A stretch of 64,000 bases of DNA, from assembly GCA_036381195.1 (NCBI GenBank), contig DASVDH010000112.1, positions 18,757-82,756 on the forward strand. Direction: 5' to 3'. Source of the DNA: Longimicrobiales bacterium (GTDB lineage Bacteria > Gemmatimonadota > Gemmatimonadetes > Longimicrobiales > RSA9). The stretch's first letter is position 1; every line of letters begins with the position of its first letter. Positions 29,733 to 38,814 of the stretch are shown here, in pieces. The notes under the pieces were generated by a model. That model did no database searches and had not been told where the DNA came from. It worked only from the letters and a program-made list of their open reading frames with translations. The translations under genes were made by a program, and so were the position numbers.

Positions 29733-30605
29733 TCAACCAGCGGGCCGGAGCACCGCGCTCCACCACCCCTCCTCCTCGTCCACGTCCGCGACCTCGAGCC
29801 CTGCCGCCTGCGCCGCAGCCTCGACCTCCCGGGCCTCCTCCACCAGGATCCCGCCCAGGATCGCGCGGCCACGGGTGTCCAGTGCTTCCCGGAAGGAGGG
29901 GAGCAGCGGCACCAGCACGCCGCTCAGGATGTTCGCCGCGATCACGTCGAACCGCTGCGGACCGAACGCGCGTACGTACGCCGCGTCGACGACGTCGCAG
30001 CGCAGTTCCACGCACCCGGCCACGCCGTTGCGCTCGATGTTGCGCGCCGCGTTCGCCACCGCGTCGGGATCGCTCTCCACGGCCACCACCTCGCGCGCGC
30101 CCAGCCGCGCCGCGGCGATGGCCAGGACCCCGCTGCCCGTGCCCACGTCGAGCACGCGGTTCCGCGGCTCCAGCACGGCCTCGAGCAGCCGCAGCGCGCC
30201 CCGGGTCGTGGCGTGCTCCCCCGTGCCGAACGCCATCTCGGGATCGATGACGATCACGATGTCGCCCCGCCGCATCCGCGGCCGCACCCAGGACGGCGTG
30301 ACCACCAGCCGCCGCCCCACCCGCCGCGGCCCGAGGCCGCGGCGCCAGCGCTCCGCCCAGTCCTCGTTCGCCTGCCAGGCCCACGAGAGCCGCGCCCCTG
30401 TTCCCGGGGCGGCCGCATCCAGCGCCTCCCGCGCCTGCTCGATGAACGCCTCGAGATCCCGCGGCGGGTAGACGTACGTCACCAGACCGTCGCCCCGCTC
30501 CTCGACAGCCGCGCCGCCGAGCCCGATCAGGGCCTCCGCCACGGCGGCCCGATCCTCCGCTGCCTCGGCCGGAGCGCACAGCACCAGCCAACGGTCGGGG
30601 TCCAT
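29733..30605 (-). CDS. prmA: Ribosomal protein L11 methyltransferase
   Basis: 290 aa. Motifs IDPEMAFGTGEHATT and DVGTGSGVLAIAAARLGA. Confidence 0.9.
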   Translation of the reverse strand: MDPDRWLVLCAPAEAAEDRAAVAEALIGLGGAAVEERGDGLVTYVYPPRDLEAFIEQAREALDAAAPGTGARLSWAWQANEDWAERWRRGLGPRRVGRRLVVTPSWVRPRMRRGDIVIVIDPEMAFGTGEHATTRGALRLLEAVLEPRNRVLDVGTGSGVLAIAAARLGAREVVAVESDPDAVANAARNIERNGVAGCVELRCDVVDAAYVRAFGPQRFDVIAANILSGVLVPLLPSFREALDTRGRAILGGILVEEAREVEAAAQAAGLEVADVDEEEGWWSAVLRPAG

Positions 30606-30725
30606 CGCCTCCGGGACTCTGGTTCTCGGTTCTCGGCATGGCCTGCTGCCGCACCCGCGTGCGCCCGGCGGGCTCGCTGCGGCCGGGCCCCGGGGCGTCG
30701 CGCCCGCATGCCGTGCAAAGCCGGC

Positions 30726-30754
30726 AATCTAACGACCGGGCGGGGCCGGCTCAA
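30726..30754 (-). promoter_or_regulatory. Candidate sigma70-type promoter of prmA
   Basis: Minus strand reads TTGAGC-N17-TAGATT about 120 nt upstream of the prmA ATG, inside the 400-bp dnaJ-prmA spacer. Confidence 0.4.
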
Positions 30755-31009
30755 AGCGCGCGGCCGCGGAGGAACACCCCGCGGGTCGGAGTCGCGCCGC
30801 GGAGGCGATGACGATGTTCGCGGTCGTGATCGCCCCACGGGCGTACGGCGGGAGGAGCGGGGAACGGCACCGGCGCTCCTCGGGGGTGTGACTCGACGGA
30901 GTGGCGGCGCAAGCGGCCGGAGGCGCTGGTGCGGATGCCGCGCCGTCGGGCGCCGCTGGCGCCTCCCGGCGGGACAGGAGCGGGGTCGGAGCCGGTCGTG
31001 CCAGCGCCG

Positions 31010-32173
31010 TCACGCGCTGAACGCGTTGCGGATGCGGCTCCAGAAGCTGCGGTCCTGCTCGGCCTGTTCGGGGTTCGCGGGCGGAGGCGCCTCGATCTTC
31101 GCGAGCTTCCTGAACAGCGCCTCCTGTTCCCGCGTGAGCTCGGTCGGCGTCCAGACCAGGATCCGGACGATCTGGTCCCCGCGGCCCTGACCGCGGAGCT
31201 TCGGCAATCCGCGCCCCGTCATGCGCAGGAGCCGGCCGGATTGCGTCCCGGCAGGGACCTTCAGCCGTGCCACGCCGTGGATCGTCGGCACCTCGACCTC
31301 CGCTCCGAGCGCGGCCTGGCTGAACGTGATCGCGAGCGTGCAGTACAGGTCCGCGCCCTCCCGAACGAAGCGCGGGTCCTCCTGCACCTCCAGCACCACC
31401 ATGACGTCCCCGCGCGAGCCGCCGCGGGCGCCCGCGTTGCCCTGCCCGCGCAGCGTGAGATAATCGCCCGTCGAGACGCCGGCCGGCACCTCCACCGCGA
31501 ACGTCCGCCTGACCGGGCGCACGCCGCGCCCGCCGCACGCCCCGCACAGCCGCTCGATGCGCTGCCCCTCGCCGCCGCAGTCGGGGCAGGCGGTCACGCT
31601 CACGAGCTGGCCGAGCATGGAGCGCTGCACCCGCCGCACCTCGCCCGCTCCACCGCACGTGCTGCAGCGCACCGGCGGCGTCCCGTTCTCGGATCCGCTT
31701 CCGCCACAGGCATCACACGGGTCGAGGACCTGCACCTCGAACGTCTTCCGCGCGCCGTCGGCCACTTCGTCGAGCGTCAGCGGGACCCGCACGGTGATGT
31801 CCGCGCCCCGCCGCTGACTGCTCCGCGCCCTCCGGCCCGCGCCCCGTCCGCCGAACAGGTCGCCGAAGCCGAAGCCGCCGAACTCGCGCATGAAGATCTC
31901 GAGCGCGTCCGCGAAGTCGAAGCCGCCGTACCCGGCCTGCCCCGCGGCCGCGCCCTTCACGCCCGCATGGCCGTAGCGGTCGTAGGCAGCCCGCTTCTCC
32001 GGGTCGCGCAGGACCTCGTAGGCCTCCGTCGCCTCCTTGAAGCGTTCCTCCGCTTCCTTCGACCCGCCATTCCGGTCCGGATGGTACTGCAGGGCGAGCT
32101 TCCGGTAGGCCTTCTTGATCGCCTCGGTGTCAGCGTCGCGCGGGACGCCCAGAATCTCGTAGTAATCTCTCAT
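31010..32173 (-). CDS. dnaJ: Molecular chaperone DnaJ
   Basis: 387 aa. J-domain HPDRN, a Gly-rich linker, and four CxxCxGxG motifs ([32 protein letters not shown]). Confidence 0.95.
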   Translation of the reverse strand: MRDYYEILGVPRDADTEAIKKAYRKLALQYHPDRNGGSKEAEERFKEATEAYEVLRDPEKRAAYDRYGHAGVKGAAAGQAGYGGFDFADALEIFMREFGGFGFGDLFGGRGAGRRARSSQRRGADITVRVPLTLDEVADGARKTFEVQVLDPCDACGGSGSENGTPPVRCSTCGGAGEVRRVQRSMLGQLVSVTACPDCGGEGQRIERLCGACGGRGVRPVRRTFAVEVPAGVSTGDYLTLRGQGNAGARGGSRGDVMVVLEVQEDPRFVREGADLYCTLAITFSQAALGAEVEVPTIHGVARLKVPAGTQSGRLLRMTGRGLPKLRGQGRGDQIVRILVWTPTELTREQEALFRKLAKIEAPPPANPEQAEQDRSFWSRIRNAFSA

Positions 32174-32191
32174 GCTTCCACTCGCGCCACG

Positions 32192-33274
32192 CTACCCTGC
32201 CGACACCCTTCCCGCGGCCTCCGCTTCGCCTCCCATCAGCTCGGAGAGCAACGAGCTCGTGTACCGTACGATCGCCGCCACCTTCTCGTAGGACATCCGC
32301 GTGGGGCCGATCACGCCGACCACCCCAGCCAGTCCGCCGCTGCGGTAGGGCGAGGTCACGAGCGTGAAGGGGGTGAGCAGCGGGTCCTCGTTCTCGCCGC
32401 CGATGGTGATCTGGACCGAGACGTCCCGCGCCCGCTCGCCCAGCACGGACGCCAGCAGGTCGCGCCGCTCCGTCAACTCGATCAGGCCCTTCAGGCTGCT
32501 CTCGCTCGCGAACTCCGGCTGGCTCGCCAGCACGCTCGCGTTCCCCAGGTGCAGGCCGTCCACGCCGCTCCGGTCGAACAGCTCTTCCGCCGCCTGGAGG
32601 AAGATGTTGAGCAGCTCCGTCGCAGACGCATCGTCCCCGGGAACCGAATCCCGCAGGCGCTCCGGCAGCGTCTGCCGGATCTGCGCCAGCGTCAGCCCCG
32701 CCAGCCGCTCGTTCAGCACCATCGTCACCGCGACCAGCGACTGCGGCGGCACCGACCCGGGCAGGTCCACGTAGACCGTGCGCACGCGCCCGCCGCCGAG
32801 CGTCAACACCAGCAGCACCTTGTCGCTGGTGAGCGAGACCAGCTCCAGCTTCTCCAGCACCGCATCTTCCAGCCGGGGCGCGATCGCGACGCCCAGCTCG
32901 CCCGTCAGGAGCCCCAGCACCCGCGTCGCCCGGCGGATGAGCCACTCCAGCGCCGCGCTCCGCTCCTCCTCCCCCAGCTCGCGCCGCAGCCGCCGCTGCT
33001 CCGCAGCGGTCAGCTTCACCGGCCGCATCAGCGTGTCCACGTAGTATCGGTATGCCAGATCCGTGGGCACGCGTCCGGCCGACGTGTGCGGATGATAGAG
33101 GAAGCCCTTCTCCTCCAGGTCGGCCATCGTGTTCCGGACGGTCGCGGGCGAGACGCCCAGCGCGAACTTCTTGGCCACGACCCGGCTACCGGCGGGCTCC
33201 GCGGTCTCCACGTAGGTGCGGATCACCGCCTCGAGCACTCGCCGCTCCCGTTCCGTGAGCACGTCGCCGCTCAT
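32192..33274 (-). CDS. hrcA: Heat-inducible transcription repressor HrcA
   Basis: ATG 33274 (MSGDVLTERERRVLEAVIRTYVETAEPAGSR...). Full-length HrcA pattern. Confidence 0.92.
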   Translation of the reverse strand: MSGDVLTERERRVLEAVIRTYVETAEPAGSRVVAKKFALGVSPATVRNTMADLEEKGFLYHPHTSAGRVPTDLAYRYYVDTLMRPVKLTAAEQRRLRRELGEEERSAALEWLIRRATRVLGLLTGELGVAIAPRLEDAVLEKLELVSLTSDKVLLVLTLGGGRVRTVYVDLPGSVPPQSLVAVTMVLNERLAGLTLAQIRQTLPERLRDSVPGDDASATELLNIFLQAAEELFDRSGVDGLHLGNASVLASQPEFASESSLKGLIELTERRDLLASVLGERARDVSVQITIGGENEDPLLTPFTLVTSPYRSGGLAGVVGVIGPTRMSYEKVAAIVRYTSSLLSELMGGEAEAAGRVSAG

Positions 33275-33551
33275 CGACTTACCAGCGGTCAGGTCAGGGC
33301 CCATGCATCCCGCGAAAAATGTCGCCACGGCGGCGGATCCCAGTCAAGCCGCCGCCCGCACCACGCCGGGATCCCCGCCGTGCGCCCGGCGGCGCGAGGG
33401 GACGCGGTCGGCGGTCGTGGACGCCACGCGCGAGCACTCACCGGGCGCGATGACCCGCGCAGCGTCCGTCCGCCGAGGCTCCACCGGCCGGCACGTCCGG
33501 GTCGCCGGCGGCCGTGGTGGACAGGCATGGCACGGCCGCCGGCGCCCGGCG

Positions 33552-34850
33552 CTACGCCGCAGCGTCCAGCTCCACTGCCAGGTGGTCCAGGAGGAGCCAG
33601 CCGTCCGGCGTCAGCCGCAGCGCGTCCGTCGCCAGCTCCGCCCAACCGCGCTCCGCCCAGCCCGCCGCGAGTCGCCGCTGCCGCGGGCTCATCCCGTCCA
33701 GCGGCAGGCCTTCCGCCGTGCGCAGCGCCAGCCACGTGCGCTCCAGCCGCGCCGCCTCGCCCGCAACCTCCTCCTCGCCCTCCACCGGCAGCTCGCCCCG
33801 CCCCAGGCTCGCCGCGTACGCGCTCCAGTCCCGCACGTTCCAGCGGCGCTTCGGCGGCACGTACGAGTGCGCCCCCGGACCCAACCCGAGGTACGGCGCC
33901 CCGGACCAGTAAACCGCGTTGTGCCGCGACTCGAACCCCGGTCGCGCGAAGTTCGACACCTCGTAGTGCAGGAACCCCGCCGCCGTCAGCCGCTTCGCGG
34001 CCAGCAGGTACTCGGCCCGGTAGGCCTCCTCGCCCGGCAGCCGCTCGCGGCCCTCCGCCACCCAGCGTCCCAGCGGCGCGCGCGCCTCGGCGGTGAGCCC
34101 GTACAGCGACACGTGCTCCGGCTCCAGCGCGAGCGCGCACTCCAGGTCTCGCGCCCAGTCACGCCCCAGACGTTCGGGCAGGGCGAAAATCAGATCCACG
34201 CTGACGTTCCCGAACCCCGCCGCCCGCGCCGCCTCGATCGCCCGCCGCGGCCCCTCCGGCCCGTGCAGTCGGCCCATCCAGGCCAGCGACGGGGCGTGGA
34301 ACGTCTGCGCCCCCAGGCTCACGCGGTTCACCCCCGCGCTCCGCCAGTCCCGCGCCACCTCCGGCGTGAAGCTCTCCGGGTTCGCTTCCGCCGTGATCTC
34401 CGCGTCCGCGGAGATCGTCGCGTGACGGCCGATCCGCTCCAGCAAGGCCGGCAGCGCGCCCACGCCCAGAAGCGAGGGCGTCCCCCCGCCCACGTAGACC
34501 GTGTCCAGCTCCAGCCGCCCCAGTCCCTCGCGGGCCACCGCCAGCTCCAGCTCGGCCGCCACCGCGGCCAGCCACTCGGCCGTGGGCGCGCGTCGCACCG
34601 CCTGAACCGCGAAGTCGCAGTAGCTGCACCGCCGTGCGCAGAACGGGACGTGCACGTACAGCGCGCGCGGCGGCGTGCCGTGGGACGGCGTGGCGCGCGT
34701 AGTGTCGCCTCCTGTTGGGGGATCCGACCCGGTCTTCCCGGGTTCTGGTACCCCCGCGCGCCCGGCCGGTTGCCGCCGCGCGGCCCGGCAGGCCGCCGCT
34801 GCGCGCGCCGGCCGGTTTCCGCCGCGTCGTCGCGCGATCCGGCCCTTCAC
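33552..34850 (-). CDS. hemW: Radical SAM family heme chaperone HemW (HemN-like)
   Basis: LYVHVPFCARRCSYCDF (CxxxCxxC). GTG 34850 overlaps the dprA stop (GTGA). I find no later in-frame ATG, GTG or TTG before the radical SAM motif, which implies a ~60-aa N-terminal extension. Confidence 0.85.
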   Translation of the reverse strand: MKGRIARRRGGNRPARAAAACRAARRQPAGRAGVPEPGKTGSDPPTGGDTTRATPSHGTPPRALYVHVPFCARRCSYCDFAVQAVRRAPTAEWLAAVAAELELAVAREGLGRLELDTVYVGGGTPSLLGVGALPALLERIGRHATISADAEITAEANPESFTPEVARDWRSAGVNRVSLGAQTFHAPSLAWMGRLHGPEGPRRAIEAARAAGFGNVSVDLIFALPERLGRDWARDLECALALEPEHVSLYGLTAEARAPLGRWVAEGRERLPGEEAYRAEYLLAAKRLTAAGFLHYEVSNFARPGFESRHNAVYWSGAPYLGLGPGAHSYVPPKRRWNVRDWSAYAASLGRGELPVEGEEEVAGEAARLERTWLALRTAEGLPLDGMSPRQRRLAAGWAERGWAELATDALRLTPDGWLLLDHLAVELDAAA

Positions 34851-35944
34851 GCCCGCGTGTACCGCCCGCCGGGGACCTGGCGTGCATGGCCCGCCAGCTC
34901 GAGCTCGAGCAGCGCGCCCAGCAGGACCGATGGCGGCGCACCACAGGCGTCCGCCAGCTCGTCCACGTGCATCGGGTCATGGCCGAGCGCCTCCCACAGC
35001 GCGCGCGCAATGGGACTCAGCCCGACGGGCGGCGGGGGGCGCTCGCCGCCTTCCGCATCCTCCGCCGCGGCCCGGCGGGCCAGCTCGCCGAGCCCGACGG
35101 CTTCCAGGATGTCCCGCACCTCGATCGCGGGAGTGGCGCCGTCCCGCAGCAGCGCGTTGGTCCCGATGCTCGTCGCCCGGCCGATCGGCCCCGGCACCGC
35201 CAGCACTTCACGGCCGAGTCTCAGCGCGTGGTCCGCTGTGATGAGTGCGCCGCTCCGGGCCGATGCCTCGACGACCGTCACGCCCAGCGCAAGCGCCGCG
35301 ATCAGCCGGTTGCGTCGCGGGAAGAGGTGCTTCATCGCCGGCGTCCCCGGCGCCGCTTCGCTGAGCAGCAGCCCCTCACGCGCGATGCGCTCGTACAGCC
35401 ACGTGTTCTGCACCGGGTAGGCGACGTCGATCCCTCCTGCCAGCACGGCGATCGTGCCACCCTCGAGCGCCGCGGCATGCGCGTGCGCGTCGATGCCTCG
35501 CGCGAGCCCGCTCACGACCACCACGCCCGCCCGCGACAGCCCGCCTGCCAGCAGGCGCGCAGCCGATCCCCCGTACTCCGTGCTCTGGCGAGTGCCCACC
35601 ACCGCGATCGCCGGCCGCTCCAGCAGCTCCAGCCGTCCGCGCGCGAAGAGCACGGCCGGCGGATCCTCCAAGTGCAGCAGCCGCGCCGGGTAGCGCGGGT
35701 CCGTCTCGAGCAGGATCTCCACGCCCGGGCGCAGCACCGCCCGCAGTGACGACTCCACCCGGCGGCGAATGATGGCGCTGTCGCGGACCAGTGCCGCGGC
35801 CTCCCCGATCGCCGTGGCCGGCGCGGAGAGCGCGGCCCGCGCACTGCCGTAATGCCGCAGCAGCGCCCGTAGCCGGCCGCCGTTCCCCACTCCCGGCAAT
35901 GCACACAGGTGGAGGAGCGCTCTGAGCTCCGACTCCGCGAGCAT
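34847..35944 (-). CDS. dprA: DNA-processing protein DprA
   Basis: 365 aa. Motifs VVSGLARGIDAHAH and a C-terminal winged-helix region. Confidence 0.9.
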   Translation of the reverse strand: MLAESELRALLHLCALPGVGNGGRLRALLRHYGSARAALSAPATAIGEAAALVRDSAIIRRRVESSLRAVLRPGVEILLETDPRYPARLLHLEDPPAVLFARGRLELLERPAIAVVGTRQSTEYGGSAARLLAGGLSRAGVVVVSGLARGIDAHAHAAALEGGTIAVLAGGIDVAYPVQNTWLYERIAREGLLLSEAAPGTPAMKHLFPRRNRLIAALALGVTVVEASARSGALITADHALRLGREVLAVPGPIGRATSIGTNALLRDGATPAIEVRDILEAVGLGELARRAAAEDAEGGERPPPPVGLSPIARALWEALGHDPMHVDELADACGAPPSVLLGALLELELAGHARQVPGGRYTRA

Positions 35945-35976
35945 GATGCGGCCCTCGACCGGATCTGCTCCGGGTG

Positions 35977-36064
35977 GCGGTAGACGTTGCGGTAGACGTT
36001 GGGGGCCGGCGTGGCTCTCATCGCCGGAACGCCGGCGCGGCTCTCAGGGCCGGAACGTCGGCGC
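35977..36064. repeat. Two adjacent tandem duplications in the dprA-obg spacer, running into the obg 3' end
   Basis: GCGGTAGACGTT x2 (35977-36000, perfect), then the 26-bp unit GGCTCTCA..GCCGGAACG.CGGCGC x2 (36013-36038 and 36039-36064, 23/26 identical). The second copy carries the obg stop. Confidence 0.85.
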
Positions 36065-37072
36065 GGGCGGCTCCCGTTCCGCCGCCTCCTCCACGGCCTC
36101 CTGCACGCGCGCCCACAGCGCTTCGAGGAGCTCGGCCAATCCGCGGCGCGCGACCGCAGAGATCGTGAACGTGCCCCACGCATCCGGCGCCTCGACACGT
36201 GGCGCCTTCTCTCCGGGCGCCAGCAGGTCCGCCTTCGTGAGCACCACGCAGTGCGGACGGCTCGCCAGCTCGGGCGAGTACGCGTCCAGCTCCTGCCGAA
36301 GCATGGAGTACTCGGCCTGCGCATCCTCCGAGTCCACCGGGATCAGGTAGGCCAGGGTGCGCGTCCGCTCGATGTGTCGCAGGAATCGCAGGCCCAGCCC
36401 TTTGCCCTGGTGCGCCCCCTCGATGATCCCGGGGATGTCCGCCACGACGTACGATCGCGAGCCGGGCAGCTCCACGACGCCCAGGTTCGGCGTCAGCGTC
36501 GTGAACGGGTAATCGGCGATCCTCGGCCGGGCGGCGGAGATCGCAGCCAGGAGCGTGGACTTCCCCGCGTTCGGACGGCCCACGAGTCCCACGTCCGCGA
36601 TCAACTTCAGCTCGAGCGCGATCCGGCGCTGCTCGCCCTCCTCCCCCGGCTCCCAGTGGCGCGGCGCCCGCCGCGTCGGCGTGGCGAACGCCGCGTTGCC
36701 CCGGCCACCCCGGCCACCCCGTGCCGCCACCAGCTCCTGGCCGTGCTCGACCAACTCGCCGAGCAGCTCGCCCGTGTCCGCATCCCGCACGACCGTGCCG
36801 GGCGGTACTCGCAGGACCAGACTCGCCCCATCGCGACCCGTCCGGTTCTTCCCCTGGCCGTGCTGCCCCCGCTCCGCCCGGTAGTGCTGCTGGTACCGGT
36901 AGTCCAGGAGCGTGGTGAGCTGCCGGTCAGCACGCAGGATCACGTCTCCGCCCCGGCCCCCGTCCCCGCCCGAGGGGCCCCCTCGCGGCACGCCCTTCTC
37001 CCGCCGGAACGCTTCCGCCCCCGATCCTCCCGTTCCGCCGTAGACATGGATCACCGCATAATCGACGAACAT
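36044..37072 (-). CDS. obg: GTPase ObgE/CgtA
   Basis: 342 aa. Obg fold N-terminus (MFVDYAVIHVYGGTGGSG), G1 GLVGRPNAGKST and DIPGIIEGA. Confidence 0.95.
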   Translation of the reverse strand: MFVDYAVIHVYGGTGGSGAEAFRREKGVPRGGPSGGDGGRGGDVILRADRQLTTLLDYRYQQHYRAERGQHGQGKNRTGRDGASLVLRVPPGTVVRDADTGELLGELVEHGQELVAARGGRGGRGNAAFATPTRRAPRHWEPGEEGEQRRIALELKLIADVGLVGRPNAGKSTLLAAISAARPRIADYPFTTLTPNLGVVELPGSRSYVVADIPGIIEGAHQGKGLGLRFLRHIERTRTLAYLIPVDSEDAQAEYSMLRQELDAYSPELASRPHCVVLTKADLLAPGEKAPRVEAPDAWGTFTISAVARRGLAELLEALWARVQEAVEEAAEREPPAPTFRP

Positions 37073-37156
37073 CGCCCCGATTGCTCCCCCAAGCGCTCGA
37101 TCCCCGGCCTGCCCATCGGCCCGCCGCTGCCGGGCCGGCAGCGGGACCGGCCGCCG

Positions 37157-37804
37157 TCACGCCCCGGCCCGGCCCGCCGCTCCCGCCCCGCTGCTCGCGC
37201 GCCCCTCCCACCGGGCGCGCACGGCGGCCCAGACGCCCCGCGCCGCCTGGGCCCGCGCCGGCGGCGCCGCCGCACACGCGATCTCCACCGCCTCCGCCAC
37301 GTCCTCCACGCTCGCACCCACGTTGAGCGCCCCGCGCAGGTGCGCGTGGAGCTGCGCCGGTGCGTCCTGCGCCACCAGCAGCGCGACGATGCACAGCTCG
37401 CGCACGCTCAGCGCCAGCCCCGGCCTGGCCAGGACCTTGCCGTAGCCCTCCTCGAGCATCCACGCCTCGAGGTCGGGGTGTAGCTCCGCCACGCGCTCGC
37501 GCAGCCGCGCGTACTGCGTCCCGTACACCCGCGCGCACACCGCCTCGCCCCGGGCCCGCCACTCCTCCCGACTCCCCCCCGCCGCCGCCCTGCCCGCCGG
37601 CTGGCCCGTTCGTTCCCGCCACGCCGCCATCGCGTTCAGCGCGCCGGGGAAACCCACGAACAGGTAACTCTGGAGCAGCGCCTCCTCGATCGCCTCCGGC
37701 GCCGCTGCCTCTCCCGCGCCGTCGAGCGCCGCGTCGACCGCCGACCGCTCCCCCGAGCCGATCGCCGCCGACAGCACGACCAGCGCGCGCGTCGCCTCAT
37801 CCAT
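37157..37804 (-). CDS. Carboxymuconolactone decarboxylase (AhpD-like) family protein
   Basis: ATG 37804 (MDEATRALVVL). CMD-type helices LSVRELCIVALLVAQDAPAQLHAHLRGALNVGAS. The remainder of the track ORF is a run-on. Confidence 0.78.
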   Translation of the reverse strand: MDEATRALVVLSAAIGSGERSAVDAALDGAGEAAAPEAIEEALLQSYLFVGFPGALNAMAAWRERTGQPAGRAAAGGSREEWRARGEAVCARVYGTQYARLRERVAELHPDLEAWMLEEGYGKVLARPGLALSVRELCIVALLVAQDAPAQLHAHLRGALNVGASVEDVAEAVEIACAAAPPARAQAARGVWAAVRARWEGRASSGAGAAGRAGA

Positions 37805-38022
37805 ACCGGGTCCACCTCTCCCCGCCGCGACGCCCCCGGCGGCGCGCACGCGCCCGGGCATGCGGGGCTGTTCGACCCGCGTCAATGAAACGCCGATCCC
37901 GTGGCATGTCCATGGCTGATTGCGCCGTGATCTCCGCGACCGAGGGCCAGCACCCATCGGGCCGCGCCGCGAGGCGGCGCGCAACGCTCCACCGATCGCG
38001 GGACCGGGAAGGTGCGCGGGCC

Positions 38023-38721
38023 TCAGTGATCCGTGCCGCCCCCCACCCGCCCGACGTAACGGCGCCCCGCTTCGCTGCCGAGCCAGCGCGCCAGGTGGGA
38101 TTCCGGTCGCGCGTCCTCGCGCGCGCGGACGAGGTCCTCCGGTCGCTGGATCCCGTACCACCCCGGCAACACGCGGAGCGTCAGGCCCGCCGCTCCCGCC
38201 GCTTCGATGGTTTCCCGGACGGCGGAGGGTACGCCCCACGCGATCCGGCGCAACAGCCCGGCGGCGCGCGGCCAGGATTCCGCCCTGAGCCCGAGCAGGT
38301 ACGGGTGGCCCGTCCGCGTCGGCCCCAGCACGATGTCGACCTCGCGCAGGTCCGCGAACGCAGCCGTCAAGACTCCATCCGGGATCGTCGGCGAGTCGCT
38401 CGCCACGATCACCGTGCGCCCCGCATCATCCGCGAACGACCAGGCGAACGCGTCGTGCAACCGCTCGCCGATGCCGCCCGGCACCTGCGCCGCGCGCGGA
38501 AGGTGCGCGAACTGCGCCTCGAAGTACTCTCGCGCTCGCCCCTCCGCCTCGTACCACAGCTCGACCCGCGCCCGCTCCCGCGCCGCCAGCACCAGCACGT
38601 CCCGCAGGCAGGCCTCGTACACCGACACTGCCTCGTCCGGCGGCAGCAACGGCGTGAGCTGCGTCTTCGCGATCTCGGCCGCGGGCCGCCTCGCGAACAC
38701 CAGCAGGCGATCAGTCCCCAT
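38023..38721 (-). CDS. DUF2064/TIGR04282-like glycosyltransferase family protein
   Basis: ATG 38721 (MGTDRLLVFARRP...). VIVASDSPTIP motif. Family assignment is from memory. Confidence 0.65.
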   Translation of the reverse strand: MGTDRLLVFARRPAAEIAKTQLTPLLPPDEAVSVYEACLRDVLVLAARERARVELWYEAEGRAREYFEAQFAHLPRAAQVPGGIGERLHDAFAWSFADDAGRTVIVASDSPTIPDGVLTAAFADLREVDIVLGPTRTGHPYLLGLRAESWPRAAGLLRRIAWGVPSAVRETIEAAGAAGLTLRVLPGWYGIQRPEDLVRAREDARPESHLARWLGSEAGRRYVGRVGGGTDH

Positions 38722-38814
38722 CCCTTCCCGTCCGTACTCGGCGCACCGCACCCGCACACGCGCATGGCCGGCTCCACCACCCCCGTGCGCCCGCGCGCGG
38801 CCTCCTGGGGGACG

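Noticed and set aside
33226-33262. GAGCACTC-N9-...GTGAGCAC near the hrcA start as a possible CIRCE element.
   Set aside because: The second half-site does not match GAGTGCTAA, the first lacks the TTA, and the sequence lies inside the hrcA coding region.
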